Shown piece after piece: positions 38,271 through 51,775 of a DNA stretch of 64,000 nucleotides. Source of the stretch: Amoebophrya sp. A120. Lineage: Eukaryota; Protista; Dinoflagellata. The notes under the pieces are model-generated. The model ran no database searches and was not told where the DNA came from. It was given only the letters and a program-made list of their open reading frames with translations. Positions within the stretch are counted from its first letter, which is position 1. Each line of letters begins with the position of its first letter. Both the position numbers and the translations under genes were made by a program. The DNA lies in contig CAJINV010000001.1 of assembly GCA_905178155.1 (NCBI GenBank), forward strand, positions 543,643 to 607,642, read 5' to 3'.

Positions 38271-38988
38271 TCACGGCATCGTGACCGTGGCGTACATGTG
38301 ACAAAATTTCTCCTCCGGATCGTACTCACACCGTAAGTGGTGGATAACACACTCGCCGCGAATGCTCTCCGGTCCAAATTCGATCTTCAGCTCCTCCTCT
38401 CCAAATTGGAAAAAACAGCCCCTCTCGGTTTGCACCAGGTCGGTCTCCAGGTCGATGGTCGCGCAATTGAGCAGAAAGCACGTCATGATTTCAAAGTCGA
38501 CGGCGGGAGGACAGCCGCGGTGGATCTTTTCCTCGCCGTTATAGTCGCGGTTGGAAGATAGCAAATGGTCCTGGGCCTCCGTCAGTCGGATCAGGTGCTG
38601 CCTGAAGCAACCAGCGAAAGAAACGGCGGCCTGAAAGTGTTGTGACGTGCAACGTTTCTTTTACAGTCGAGCGAGGTGACAGTTTGTGAAACTGTGTACA
38701 GTAATCTGTTCGAAAACTTCCAAAGAGACCGTGCTGATGAAACAAATCTTCTTGTTCTAGACCTACAATTTTACATGGAAATGATAGCTCAAATACCTGC
38801 TCGGTAATCACTTGAAGCTTCCTGTCCTTCTCCGCATTCGTCAGATCCAGAGACTCACGCAGTGTCGCGAAAGAAGACCCGTGTTTTAAATCCCGGAAAG
38901 GGCGCCGTGCGTCGTTAAATGCAATGTCTGCGTAGAGGAGCTCCATTCCGGGCTGGCACAGCATCTTGCTTGTCCGTTCACTTGGCAT
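38271..38988 (-). CDS. Hypothetical protein (exon structure unresolved)
   Basis: Overlapping ORFs, the distal one GC3-rich. No recognisable motif. Confidence 0.35.
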
Positions 38989-39803
38989 TTTGTTATCTCC
39001 GTTCGGTTTACTTGTTCCACTACGCAACTGCCTGTCCAAATAGAATGAAACTACACCGATGTGAAAATGGAATGTGAAATGCAATTGCATGTCGCGAGAT
39101 CGCAAACTGGAAAGTCAAAAGCGAGATCGCAGAGCAACGAGCATGGCTTCAAGTTTATGCGGCCAAACGTCCTCACTCCGCAGGACAAGAATAGCATCTT
39201 GGCGCTCTTCCTCTCGTAGCCAACGACAGTTACTTCGTTATCCGGTAACGCTCAGCACCACCCACGGCTTTCCGCCAGTTTCTCTCTTGGTCCGAATGAC
39301 AAAGCGAACGAAAAAACAGAATGCGTGACTACGTTAGTAGTACCATCCTCGACTGCAACCGCTCGAGGCGTTCACTCCGACAACGCGATCTTCCTCCGTC
39401 GTTCACACAAGAAATCGGAAACGCATACAGTTAGACGTCCGCATACCGATTTCGTGCATCGCGGAAATCGATAGCGAAAGTTGAATCTTTTAGGTCTCAA
39501 GTTCTTTTCGAGAAAACATTTTGTCGCGAACGGTTTTTATTATGCTAGCAGAAGCTGGGGGGTCAGCAACAGCATCGATAGTAGCATAAGGTAGTTTGAA
39601 CAAATTTATTACATTTCATATCAACCGACACCTCAGCAGTACCGTTAGATCCTACCTGATAAGTTCGAATAAACAAGTCTTGACTGTAGCAGCGAAAGTT
39701 GGTGAGTGATTAAGTAGCTCTAGAAGAAGTCTGTAGGTCACACGTAGTAAGTTGGAAGACGAAAGTAGCGAAATGGTATTCAGGAAAGACCAAAGCGGAA
39801 TAA

Positions 39804-40851
39804 TCAGGACCCATTCTCCTCTACGGTCATGGTGATGCTGGCCTTCACTTCCAGGGACTGTTCGTTCTTGTTGAAGGTGAGTTTCACTTGGTTGATTTTG
39901 GTTCGCTCCGCCCGTCCGGGGTACCACCGCCCACCGGTGAGATTCGAGGCGGAGAACACCCGCTCCGCGAACCCGTAGGAGAGGGTCGCAGTCCGCAGCG
40001 GCTGTGCTTCCGGTACCACCTTGGTGCTGTTCCACTCGTCCGCCCCCTCGGTCACGCAAAACCGCGCGGCCTTCAGTACTGTCGCCATTTTGGGGTTTTC
40101 GTCTTCGTCGTCACCATCCTCGTCCGCGTCGACTGGCTCGTTGCGCGCGAGCTTCAGGATGTACTTGTAGAGTTCGTAGTCGACGTTTCCCTTCGGCACT
40201 ATCATAGAGAAACAGCCCAGCATGTGCATATGTGCTCTGCAGAGCAAAACACTGGGACGGTGGCAAAGTCTGTAGAGACCAATCTATCAGGAGCATGCTA
40301 TTCATGTTTGGGCACGGGCCTCGGCCTCGCATTACATAAGTGGCGAGTTGCTGCCTTTCTCTATGATAGTGATGCTTTGTTCTGGTGGACAGCACCACTC
40401 CCCATTGATCTGGCGGATGGAAGTCATGGCCTTCAGCTCCTTTTTTAGGAGACCGAGAAACTTGTCGCGGGCCTGTTTGTTCATGTTTTCTGTAGGTGAA
40501 AGGCTACCGAGATCACGCAGCGCCGGAGAAAAATTGCCTCGGCGGCGCCGCGCGATGTCTTTGAAAATGAAAACCCGACCACGCAAACAAAAACAAACAA
40601 GATAGCCGCCATACCTTTTTCTCGAGCGCCTTCACCTTGCTGGCCTTGGAGGTCATCTGCTTCGCCGTCGAGCAGAGGCCCTGCCACATCTTTTTCAACT
40701 CCCCCCTCGTCCGCTTTAATTCCGTCCGCTCCTTCTCGAAATCCCGCAGCGCGTCGTCGGCCTTTTTTTCGGCCTTCGACATGTCACGTCGTTTTTTCGC
40801 CTCCAGTTCCTCCCCATCCGCTATCGCTACTCTCTTTCCAGCCGGTGGCAT
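39804..40851 (-). CDS. Hypothetical protein, 3 exons
   Basis: MPPAGKRVAIADGEELEAKKRR... coiled coil, then EQSITI|VPKGNVDY after element removal. Codons are GC3-rich. Confidence 0.65.
40203..40365. mobile_element. Inverted-repeat intron of a different class (AT duplication)
   Basis: CACT-AT-[CATAGAGAAA...TTTCTCTATG]-AT-AGTG. Removing the element plus one AT restores the frame. Confidence 0.75.
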
Positions 40852-42051
40852 CTTAACTATCGTGTGATTACAGACTTACTCGCAGCTCAAGCGCAAAATT
40901 TCAATGAATATTTTTCGGTGGAACCACAACAACTTTTCACTTTTACAACTACTACTTTGCGCAATACTTCACATTAGGGGTCTAATGGCGATCTACAGCA
41001 GACGTTGAGTCGTGTATGACAGGCAATTTTTATGCTCCCCGAGTAGCAATGCCATCTCACGCTTCAAAAACTCAAGCTCAGCGAGTGTTACTTTCTTCGC
41101 CCATGTTGTCCTATCGCTGCGACCACTCTCCCACGCATTCATCTCAGCATCGCTTTCGATTCCACATTAAAACACGAGAAAACGTTACGACTGACCTTAT
41201 CGTTAAATCTGCATCTCCTGTGCCCTATTAAAGACATGATATTTTTCCTATCGAAAGCCCGCGCTCGCAAAGACAGCTGTGGAAAATCATTCATCTTGTT
41301 TTGTCGCGGTCGCAGTCTCATCGTCATTGACCGCAGGTTCGTGTTTGTACATGGGGTTCTTTAAAATTTCCTGAAGCAAGACCAACGATGCGCTGCAGCC
41401 CCAGCGGAAAATGCGACACGCAAGCCCAAAAGTATGAGCCTGACCACGAAAAAAAAGCACAAGCGACAAACGGTAATAACAAAAACACTTTTTCACTGGT
41501 AAAACGAAAGCGGCGAATTTAGGTACATGAGCAGAGTCTACCAGGATGAAAAAGCACAAACAAGCACTCCATGGAAGAAAGATACACTAAAAACATCAGA
41601 CGGCACAAAAGTAGCATACAGGTTGTTGAGAACTTCATGGCAAACAAAACGTGGTAACACGCTAGAGATAATGCTGAACTACGCAAGACAAAACTACAAA
41701 TGAAAACGAAATAGTCCATACTTTCGTTTCGGAACTACAGGTGTTAAAAAAGAGTGTGAACAAAAAACCAGATTGTTTGTTGAATAGTTAAGGCAAAACA
41801 GGTGTACTTCTACTTTTTTCTTTTGTTTATCGTTGTTGAATTGCTATACATGTTGCTTTGTTCTTTTCTCTGCGAGAAAAGAAAATGTGTCGTTGCGGTT
41901 TCGTAAGTATTGTCGTCGTATGCTGTTCATGATTTTTGAGGAGAACACCTCAAGACATTTCTGATGCACTTGCGTTTGCATAGCGGCGTTCGAAGATTCA
42001 TCTGGGTCGGAAATCCGCAAGAGTTTGTTGTTTGTTGTTCTCAACAAGATC

Positions 42052-45000
42052 TTACTCTTCGTCCCGAACTTCCTCCTCCTCTTCATCCGACTCCGAACTA
42101 TTACTGCCTTCGTACGTGCCAACGCACCGCCGGACGAACGCGTGGATCGCATGGAATTCGCTGGTGTCGTCAATGCGGGAACCGAGTTCGACGCACACAT
42201 ACCTGAATTTCGATTTTTGTGGGATAATAGATAAACATAAAGCATGCAATTACGCATGACAAATCTCTTTCTTAAGGTAAATCAGCAAGACAAATTCCAT
42301 AATTCGTCATGCTGAGCTCATTTATATTCTGCAAAGCAGTGAAGCAAAAGCTTTTTTTCTCTATGTTTATAGTACTTCAAGAACTGCAGGTAATTGAGCC
42401 CGTTCGCGACCGTGTTGTTCTCCCGGTTGGCTTCAAACAGAACCCGAGCGAAAAATGCGTCGGCGGAAGCCATGTCGTCAAAGATCTTTATCCGGAACGC
42501 CTCCTCTTCTTCGTCGCTGCTGTCTTCTAACCCGCGCTCGTACAGAAAGTACCCACTGATCACCAAGGACCGGAAGGAATTTTTCGTGAACGTGGTCTGT
42601 CCGGGCGCGAGGAGTCCGCGGAACAACCGGTAGGTGTGCTCGTGCGACTGGACAAAGTCAAAAATCGCCTGGTGGCTGTGGTGGATTTTTGCAAGTAACA
42701 TTTCCATTTGTTGGTTTTGACAAGAACACAGACCTTATCCTGCGGATACCTGCGGGAAAGAAATATTGCAGGCGAAAAGAAGGGTCTCTTAGTGGCACAA
42801 CTGTTGAGAACCATCAAAACGGAAACAACATATTCTGTATCAAGAAGAAGCCACAAGTTTAGTACTTTGTCGTGAAGTCCAGCGGTCTGAACGCGGGCGC
42901 GTACTGCGGTCTATCCGGTCTCCTCGGCGGCTTGGCCTCTCTTCGCTGCTCCTCGTTCGGCAAAGGCTCCTGAAAGACCGAACCGGCGGGCAAACCGCCA
43001 CACTGCTCCTGGAATTCCTGTCTGCCCTGCACGGATTTCCTGTGCGACAAAGGGTTATCAAATGCAAAAATGTCTGGGTCTGGAAGAATGCAACTTGTGA
43101 TGCTGCATTTGGATGTCGAAAAAATGTGTGTTGCATGAGCAGCAAAAGAAGCCTCATCTTTGCTACGCGGAGAGAGCATTTGTCATGCGGAATAGGCATC
43201 AAGAATCCCTCAAAAAACCTGGGATGCTAGTGCCTGCATCACAGACATCATGGCTCATGCAAACCGTGCATGACAAATCTCGCAATCTCCCAGACCCAGA
43301 CATATTTGCATTCGATACGGGTTCGCGAGCAACAACGCCTGCGCGACGAGCTCGGACTTGATCGCCAAATCCAAAGCCGACACCTCCATCTATCCTGATT
43401 AAAAATGTCCCCACACCAGAGTCAACATGGGAAATCTGCTAGACAAATCACACAGCTTTAGTTGTTTGGCATGACAAGTTTCGATCCTTGTAGTGTAATT
43501 CTGTTTAGCTAGCTCAGAAGCATCACAGATCTGGCATATCATGCTGGTCCTAGCATCGCAATTCCCAAAACACAAATAGAAAATGCTTCTCATAGGGCTC
43601 CGCATGAGAAACTTTTTTGGCATGCAGAATTGCATGACAACTCTGGGGTGGGGATGTTTTTGCACGGGATACCATTCTCGGCCCGGACTGGTCCGGCTTC
43701 CACAGCACGCCGCCCCCCTCCGGGTCCACCATCGGGGACAGGCAGGACAAAGAGCAGTTGGCGTTCAGCTCCAGCAATTTCGGGCGGCAGTTGTCTTCGA
43801 AGATGATGTCCAGCCCGATGATCTGGAACCCCTTCGGCCCGTGCGGGTGGTGGCCGACCTTGCCCTGCAGAAAGTACCCGTAGTGTTCGATCAGACTCGG
43901 TTTGATCGCCAACACCGTTCGCTCCGCGAGCTCCTTGATCTGCTGCCACATGGTGTCCGGGCTGGGCCCCTCCTCCGCGTAAATGAGGTCAAAAACGGAG
44001 GACAAACTTCTCTTACTGCCGTCGTCGTGCGCGCGGGAGGGCTGGAAGTCGATGGACTTCTTGTTCACCGCGTAGTTGGTCAAGTGCATGCACGTGTTCC
44101 CGAGGTTGTGTGCCTTGGGCCGCTCGTAGGGGACCGTGCAGAACCGGGCGAGGCCCTCCTCGAACAGGTAGCCGCGGAGGGGCGTGATCGAGGTGACGAG
44201 TACGTAAACCCGGCAGTCAAACTTCAAGCCGTTCACCAACAGCGGCCGCGTGACGTAGCGCTGCACCACGAACTCCACCCGTTTGCGGTACTTTTGCTGC
44301 TCCTTATCCAGGCCGTCGGGCCAAACCTCGCGGACGATGGGCTTCAGGTCCGGCCACCGCTTCACCAGTTGCACGCCGCGGCCCTGTATCAAGTGCAAAA
44401 GTGTCTGGGTCTGGAAGATTGCTGAGGTTTGTGATGCTGTGTCTGCTTGACACATAAGGTGTGCCATGCAAGGCCTAGCATCACAGGTTTTGAGACGGTT
44501 TGCCAATGCCTAATCCGCATGACAAACACCTTCTTTCCGCGACAGGAAAAGGAGCTCCTTTTGCTGTCCAAGCATGACAGATTTTTGTGTGATCTAAGTA
44601 TGCATCACAAGTTCGTATCCTTGCAGACCCAGACATATTTGCATTTGATACCCTGGCTCCCGGCGGTGGGCTTCGCGATGTAGACCCAGCCCTTGCGCTC
44701 GTTCATAATTTTCTCCAGGTGCACCGCCTCGTCGTAGCCGTCGCGCCGCAGGACCCAGGTTTTGGGCACGAAGCTGTAGGCGTTGGGGAAGGACTTCGCG
44801 ATGCGGTTCAGCGAAATCGCGCACGCCGCCTTGCGGCAGATCGGAACCATGCCCTCAATCTTGGACACCGCCTGGTACGGCGTAAGGTGCACGACGGAAT
44901 CTGTGGTTTTTTGTGAAAGAATGCGTGAATAAAGCAGTTTGTTCAGAAGTGTTGCATTGCATCCGATGTAATCGTAAAAATCACATTCACAGGCAGAGAT

Positions 45001-46247
45001 TGTGGACAGGGTGAGCGTATGTAGAAAAAAATCAATGCATTCATTGTTTTAATTTTTCCAAAACCATTTTGTTAATTTGGAAGTACCTCCGTGCTCCAGC
45101 CAGGCGACACTGCAGTCTGCGCTTTCGGCAGTGACTTCCTCCCATCCGAGTTTGCGGATGGCGTACCGGACCGCTCGTAATGAACTCCGACACTTGAAGG
45201 TGCATATCTGTTTGTGATGTTTTTCAGCTGCAATGTTGAGAATTCTCACAAGAAGTGTAACCACCAGCGGGAACCATAGCAGCACTTCAATCCACCACCA
45301 CGTCGTACGCAGGATAATTTCTATTCATTAAAAACCACCGACGCCAAATTTCTGTGGCCTCTTGTATGCATGTTCTTTGTAGTACGGGGTTAATATTCTA
45401 TCAAAACCAGCACCAGTACCGAGGCTCGGCCGCTCTTCGATTTTCTCCGCATGCTTGGTTCGATGGTGTGAAGCTGCGGCAGGGTCGCCGCTGCCACGTA
45501 CTGCATGCGCTTCCTCCTCAAGTCCTCCTCATTTGGGTCCGCGTTGGAACTCGACGCCGCACTGCTAGCCGCGTCCGCCGTGCTGCCACTTCCGTAATCG
45601 CTGCTCGGCACCGCCGTGCTACTCGCCGTGTCGGTGTCTGTCCGGTCCCGCTTTTTCGAAGCAAAAAACGGCCAGAACGAGGACGTGGCCGACTGCGAGG
45701 CTCCTTGTGGATCTTGGCTTTGGCTGCCACTGCTAGAAGTAGCTCCACCGCCTGTCCCACCGCGCGGGCTGCTGCTGCCGGACAAATTCGCGGTCGAAAA
45801 GGAATTCGATCCCGAAGACCCACCACTGCTCGTAGTTCCACCAACGAGCTGCTGGCTGTTGCCACTATTCGACGCCACACCATTGCCGCCCTGGAGAGGA
45901 GGCCAGCCGCTGGTCGTGCCTTGTCGCTGCCTATCCGGAGAGCCGGTTATGCCGAGCGCGTGGTTGCTGACGTTTTGGTGGTGCTGGTTTGGGGCATTTC
46001 CAGTGTTCAACAACATCCCTCCGCGGGACGAAGATGATGATGATGATGATCCTGAGGGGTTCAATTGCTGCGTTGTCGGCTCGGTCATCGTGTCGCTCGA
46101 AGTGCTGTCGTTGTCCACTGGCACGGGTTGGCGCCGCGAGTCTAATAACCTTGGGCCAAGAGACGAATTATGTGCGGCACCAAGGACGAACGTGCGACCC
46201 TCCGCGCTCTTGCCGCTGGGTCGGCTGGGACTGCTCTGCTCGCTCAT
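42052..46247 (-). CDS. TTLL: Tubulin-tyrosine-ligase-like protein (probable polyglutamylase), multi-exon
   Basis: YSFVPKTWVL, YIAKPTAGSQG|RGV, VVQRYVTRPLLVNGLKFDCRVYVLVTS, EEGLARFCT, MHLTNYAVNK, FQIIGLDI, PKLLELN. Terminal exons are inferred. Confidence 0.9.
43056..43317. mobile_element. Introner-like TIR element, family A
   Basis: Repeat AGGGT/CGGGT; removal gives LLANP|LSHRK. Confidence 0.9.
43391..43671. mobile_element. Introner-like TIR element, family E
   Basis: Similar to 22156-22474; repeat CCATC/CCATT; removal gives GPRM|EVSALD. Confidence 0.88.
44387..44650. mobile_element. Introner-like TIR element, family A
   Basis: Repeat CCCTG; interrupts the ATP-grasp GSQGRG loop. Confidence 0.92.
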
Positions 46248-47484
46248 CGAGGTCGTTCTTTTGCACAAAATATCTACTTTTCCTGGTTATTTTTCAACTT
46301 CTTCGGTACTTATGCACAATCGAACGAGCGCTGGCGGCGCAAAAAAAAAGGCAGTCACTGCTGGACGGGTGTGGGGAAGGAATAATGGAAGCAGTCGTAA
46401 GGTACAAGTAGTTTTTGACTTGGTCTTTTATCAGTACGACGTTGGTTATCTGATTCCACGATTATTACTTCGTTCTTCAACACCACGAATTCAAAACATT
46501 TTTCCACGGTAATTGAATCTCCACGATGTAGATGTTGGCACAAAATATGCGCTATACTGGTGAGAAAATGTAGAGAAAATTGCGAACCAACAGGACTAAG
46601 CGTGGGAATAAATGCAGTCAGTGGAACATGAATAATACTATCCAACAAGGCGATGGCGAACGTCTTTACTGATGCAGCAACAACCAGATTTTACAGGCAT
46701 TGAGGAGCAACACGACTTTAGATTTTCGTTGGTACACGGCGGAGCAAAAGTGCTAGAAATAAAAGACTACTAATCAACTAGAGTACTGTCTGAGTCAGAG
46801 GTCGTGGGTAGCAAATGAAAAAATGGCGCAGTTAAAAACTTTCTGTCGTGTGCATAGGGAAAAAATCTTCACGAGGAACGGGGAGGCTGTGATCATTGCG
46901 CTGGTTCACGAGGCGTCGTTTTGTGTTGCTGATGAATTGTTTTCACGAGATCCTGATATTTTCCGACGAGACTACTACAGTGATGATCCCATGCACGGCG
47001 AGCGCGAATTTTGGATCCGGAAGCAGCTCCTGTTCGCAACATGATCCTTACCATCTACGAGGATCAGGCAGTGTAGTGAGGTGTGTTCTTTGCACTTTTC
47101 CCTGAAAATGACTACGATATCGATCCCGTTCTTGATCTTCCCGATGATCTTCTATATTTCGATATTTGCAGTAGATTTTCGGCGATTCATGTAAGTAAGT
47201 ATATTTCGCTATTCGCAAAACCGACAAGTGAGGATCAGGGCGATTGCGTTGCATTTATGATTTCACCGATAATTTTACCGTGTCTCATACGCTATTTCAA
47301 ATAGGCGGAACACGACGAGCAAATTTGATCTTGAGAACTTAGCGAGCACACGGATGCTGTTCCGCGGGTAATTACGACGAGATATGAAGAACCTTCTGTA
47401 GTTTTCTTTTGAAAAGGTGGGTAGGTTTATTAAGGATCGATTCGCTGAGGCGGCGTGAAGTGAAAACAAATCGTAGCTGCTGCT

Positions 47485-50400
47485 TCATCTTCCCCCACTG
47501 ACTCTCCCCGCCGCGACCGAAACGCCCTGCGCCCGCAAGACAACCCGCTCGAACAGCGAGATCCCCGGCTCGAAGAGGAGCTCGCGGTCCGTTTTCAACA
47601 GGACCTCCGCCACCATCCCCTCGGAGAGGCACTTGGGTTTCTTTTCCGCGTGGTTTCGGACGCTCAGGATCTTCTGCAAACTGCAGTTGGCAAACTGCGT
47701 GCCGAGGTAGCAGGAAAACTGCTGGCCCTTCACAATAATCACGTCGGAGTCGAAAATACTGAGGGTCGCTTTGATACTCGAAGCCGCGCGGAGCTGCGAG
47801 GCGGAAGGGGTAGAGGAGCTTGTTGCTTTTTCCTCTTCGCGTTCCCTTAAATGTTCATGCAGTCTCGCGTCCGCTTCGCGATCTTCTACCACGCGGCCCG
47901 CGGTAATAGTTCCCGGCTTCATCTTCTCTTGGTCCTCGTTCTTTGGAGATGCAAATTTATGCGAATTCTCTACCAAAACCGACCCCGCGCGCAGGTAAAT
48001 CGAGTCGATCTGCAGAGTTAAAGTGTCAATGTAGAATCCCTCGGGGGCGAGCTGTGTGTTCATGGTTCCGCACGCGACGATAGATTTCACTTTCGCCGGT
48101 TCCGCGGCGGGAAGGACCAAGACCGTGTCGCCCGCCTTCAGCGTGCCTTTCGCGATTTTTCCACTCACGATGGTATTTCCTCCCGAGGGGAAAGCGTCGG
48201 TGACGGAGAAGCGGAGGGGTGTCGATGTTGAGGTGGATTTGTTACTGGTTTTGTGGTCTTGCTTATTCGAAGATGAGGTTGCCGAGTTCATCCCTTGTGC
48301 TTTCAGCGCCACACCGCACGCATCGATCATTTGCACCAACGTGGGCATTGCGACGGTTGTTGTACCTCCTGCATTTAGTTCTGCTGTTGCACCAGTTGTT
48401 GCCATATTTTTATTTTCCGCTTTCAATAATGCGCCTGCGTTCTCGCCCTTCTTCGGGCTGCGAGGTGCGGGCGAGAACGTTTTTTCCTTATTTTTTGCAG
48501 CTGTATTTCTGTCAAGAGCGTCGGTCTGCTCATCTCCTGCGGATGAACAAGATACGCTCATCCACTCCGCTGCGTTTTTCAGCTCGCTGGGCGTGGTTAG
48601 GATATTCTTCCCTTGGAACCCCGATAGTGGTACGCAGTGTATTGCGTGGTCCTTGAAGCCGAGGGTTTTCAAATACTCCGTGACTTGCGTTTTCTTACTG
48701 TCGTAACTTGTTCTGCTCCACTTCACCAGGTCCATTTTGTTGAAGACGACGATCACGGCCTGCACACCACACACGCGCAGCAGCTGCGCGTGCTCCTTCG
48801 TCTGCCCGCCGCGGTGAAACCCTGCGTCGAAATCGCGGATGTCGACCTGGAGTTGAAAGTAGTGTTGGTTCGCTTCATCTTCAAATTCTACTAGAAGTAG
48901 AGGCAAAAATTTGTAGTACGCAGCCAGTAAAAGTGGCTGCGCGCTTTTGTTTCCAAGATGGGAGGGCACACTTCCCCTGCAGACCATGCATCGAGAATCC
49001 TCGGCGCAATTTGTCATGCTCCGTGGCATTTTGATTTTTCCAAGCCTTCATCATATGCAGAGGCAATACGTGCGTTTATTGCCATACAATATTTATCTTA
49101 CCACGAGCACGCCCACATCCGCGAGCGCGGCGGACTGCAGCATGGTCGGGACGAACTCTTTGTGCCCTGGCGCGTCGAGAATCGTCACGTGAAAATGGTC
49201 CGTTTCGAAGTGCTTCGCGCACATCTCCACCGTGACCCCGCGGGCCCGCTCCTCCTCGCCCTCGTCTAGCACCCAGGCGTACTTGAAGCTCTCTTTTCCC
49301 GTCGCCTTCGCGTCGCGCTCCAGCTTGTGCATCTGGGACGCGGTCACCGCGCCGACCTGGACCAGTAGATGCCCCATTAGCGTCGATTTCCCCGCATCCA
49401 CGTGCCCCACCACGACGACACTCAGCGGGTCTTTGGTCATGGAAGGTGTCACCATCTTCGTAGAATTCTGGTTGGCCGGGGAAAAAGAATCATCTGCGTC
49501 GTGTCTTATTATACCCTCGTCGCTCGTTGCCTCGGGCAAATTGAAGAAGTTCTCCTCGGCGGGAAGCAAATTATTGTTGGCCGTGGAAGTGATGTTTGCA
49601 GAAGTGCTTGGGGTAGTTTTTTGGTTACTTCTCGGGGAAGAGGAAACACCTTTCGCATCCTTGCTGGTACAACCGGAAGACAAATCATCCGCTGGTCGTG
49701 CTACGGGCAGTTTCACCGGCGTTGACGTCCCCGCGGGTTTTGGAGCTTTGTCGCTGCTAGCGGCTGGTGGTGCACCTGCAGAACTAGGTTTAGTATTTTT
49801 CCCGCTCGTAGAAGTTCCCGCGCTTTTGTCGGCGCCGGGGTGCTTCTTATTCCCGGCTTGCCCTGTTGAGGAGGCTGTCGTTATTTGCGCAGCTTTCGCC
49901 TTCGGTGCGGTACTGGAAGCAGAGGATGCTTTGCTTTTTGCGGCCGCGGCGGTTTTGGTTTTACTCGCACCCGGAGCAGGCGCATTTTTTGTACTACCAC
50001 CACCGCCTTGCGCGTTCTCCCACGCCTTCCATTCCGCGTCGGTCCACTGTTGCTCCCCGCCGCCGCCGGTCCAAGCGCCCTGCTCGCCCCAATCCTCGTT
50101 GCCCCAGTCCTCCTCCTCGTCCCAGCCATTATGGAAGTGTCAGAGTTGAAATCGACAAGGTTGAAAAATTTGTGATGCATAAAATGCATGACGCGGAATG
50201 CGTGTGTTGCAGAGCAGGTAAGCGATGCCGATTGTAAGCCTCTTTGGGGCTGTATCTCGAGCTGCTACAGCAGCATGAGAGAATCAGCCTTCTTTGCCCC
50301 AACAGCATTACAAACTGGATTTAGGCACCGCCAGACTTTGCCATGCGCCACTTAGAGACTGGGTTCGAACTGGGATCCATTTTATGCATGACAAAGCCTT

Positions 50401-50495
50401 TCAACTTTGTCGATTTCGATCCTGACACATCCATAGCCATCGCCGTCCTCGTAGTCGTCGTAGGCCACGTTCTTCACGCGGCGCGTGGAGGCCAT
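47485..50495 (-). CDS. HBS1: HBS1-like translational GTPase
   Basis: GHVDAGKSTLMGHLL, KESFKYAWVLDEGEEERARGVT, LDAPGHKEFVP, GQTKEHAQLLR, NKMD. N-terminus MASTRRVKNVAYDDY. GT-AG intron at 48847-49101. Confidence 0.9.
50130..50435. mobile_element. Introner-like TIR element, family G
   Basis: TATGGAAGTGTCAG...GAAATCGACAAGGTTGAAA / TTTCAACTTTGTCGATTTC...CTGACACATCCATA; repeat GCCAT; removal gives DGDG|WDEE. Confidence 0.9.
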
Positions 50496-51707
50496 GGTCG
50501 GTCACTGCGAGGAGAACCTGCTGATGTCTCGGGAAAACTTGAGAAGGAGAATACTAGATCGATGATGTACCGAAGTAAAAGATAGTTGCGATACGATCAC
50601 AAAATTCGCAGGGATATATAGCGACAATTAAATCAGAAACGGGCACAGTAGGTGGGGCTTAAGTTAAATAAGTTTTTTCTAACATTAGGAAAAGAAGAGT
50701 TGTATGATAAAGTAAGGGAGCTTGTATATGGGTCGGAGGAGATTTTTCTTTCGGGGGGGGGGTGCGATAGAACAGAGGTAGAAAAACACATCTATGGGGT
50801 CATGGGGTTCGAGAGGTAAATAGGTGCTGTTCAGCGAAAAAGAACGAATGGAGCGAGATCGGAATGCTGGCAAAACAGATCGCGCGTTCTTTCTTGTTTC
50901 AAAAGCATTTCGAGCACGGGTATAAGAACTTCATCGCGTTCGAATCATCTGCGTCGTGTCTTTGTTAGAGATTCTTGCTTTGCTGTAGACCGATGCTTGC
51001 GAAGCTAAGTAAGCAGAACACCGAACATGGAGCGGCGCGACTATTTCTCGCCCGGGCGTCAGCTATACGGCGCTTGACATACGCCGCGGTCGCGGATGCT
51101 AGGCTGGCATATCGGTGCCCGGTCGCGCTCGCCCGCACGCGAGCACCCGAGGCCGGGGCGGCCTCGACGGCCGCAACCCGGCGGCGCGGAGCCCGGAAAC
51201 ATCCAGCAAAAGCGCGAGTGCGAAGCCGCACCGGCACCGCCCGAAGCGCTGCACTTTACAGCCGACGCCGGAACAGCGCGGAGCAAGCGTGATGATGCGC
51301 TAAACCCGATCGGCGGGGGGGGGGGGGGGGGGGGCATAAAAAACCGCCCGGCGCACCACCGAGCATCCCCGGAACCGCTTTCCCTGCGGCCTAAACACAC
51401 AAACTCGAGAAGCGAAGGCTGCCCCCCTCCGCGGAGCGCGGCGCACGCGAATCGCAGCAGATCACAAAGGTGCCAGCCCCTTAACGTGGGCGGGACCCAG
51501 ATCCGTTTCTTGGGACGTCGGAGATGGTCCCGCATTTGGAAGGGGGGGGACAAGGGAGGGGCCACAAAAAGTGAGCAAATCGCCGCCCGATCAGTGCGAA
51601 GAAAATAAAGAGAATGGGGACCATAATGCGTGGCCATACAGCTAAGCCCTTGCAGATGGGGGTCGTATTTGGCACCACATAGGTTAACACCACATAAGAA
51701 TGATTTG

Positions 51708-51775
51708 GTATGCATTGGGTAGCAGGACCTAGATCGGATCACGACCACGGTGTCACGATTCGTATCTGTTTTTCT
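51708..51775 (+). repeat. Split direct repeat A1 (copy A2 at 52571-52638)
   Basis: 68 bp GTATGCATTGGGTAGCAGGACC...TATCTGTTTTTCT, 1 mismatch. Confidence 0.92.

Noticed and set aside
21351-43676. Using the four imperfect 5-bp repeats to locate the exact splice point
   Set aside because: Three of the four mismatches are at synonymous codon positions, so they do not show which copy is exonic.
43583-44425. Long + strand ORFs opposite real genes (also 13956-14891, 35961-37121, 45616-46512, 49232-50149)
   Set aside because: These are antisense shadows of GC3-rich coding sequence with no motifs.
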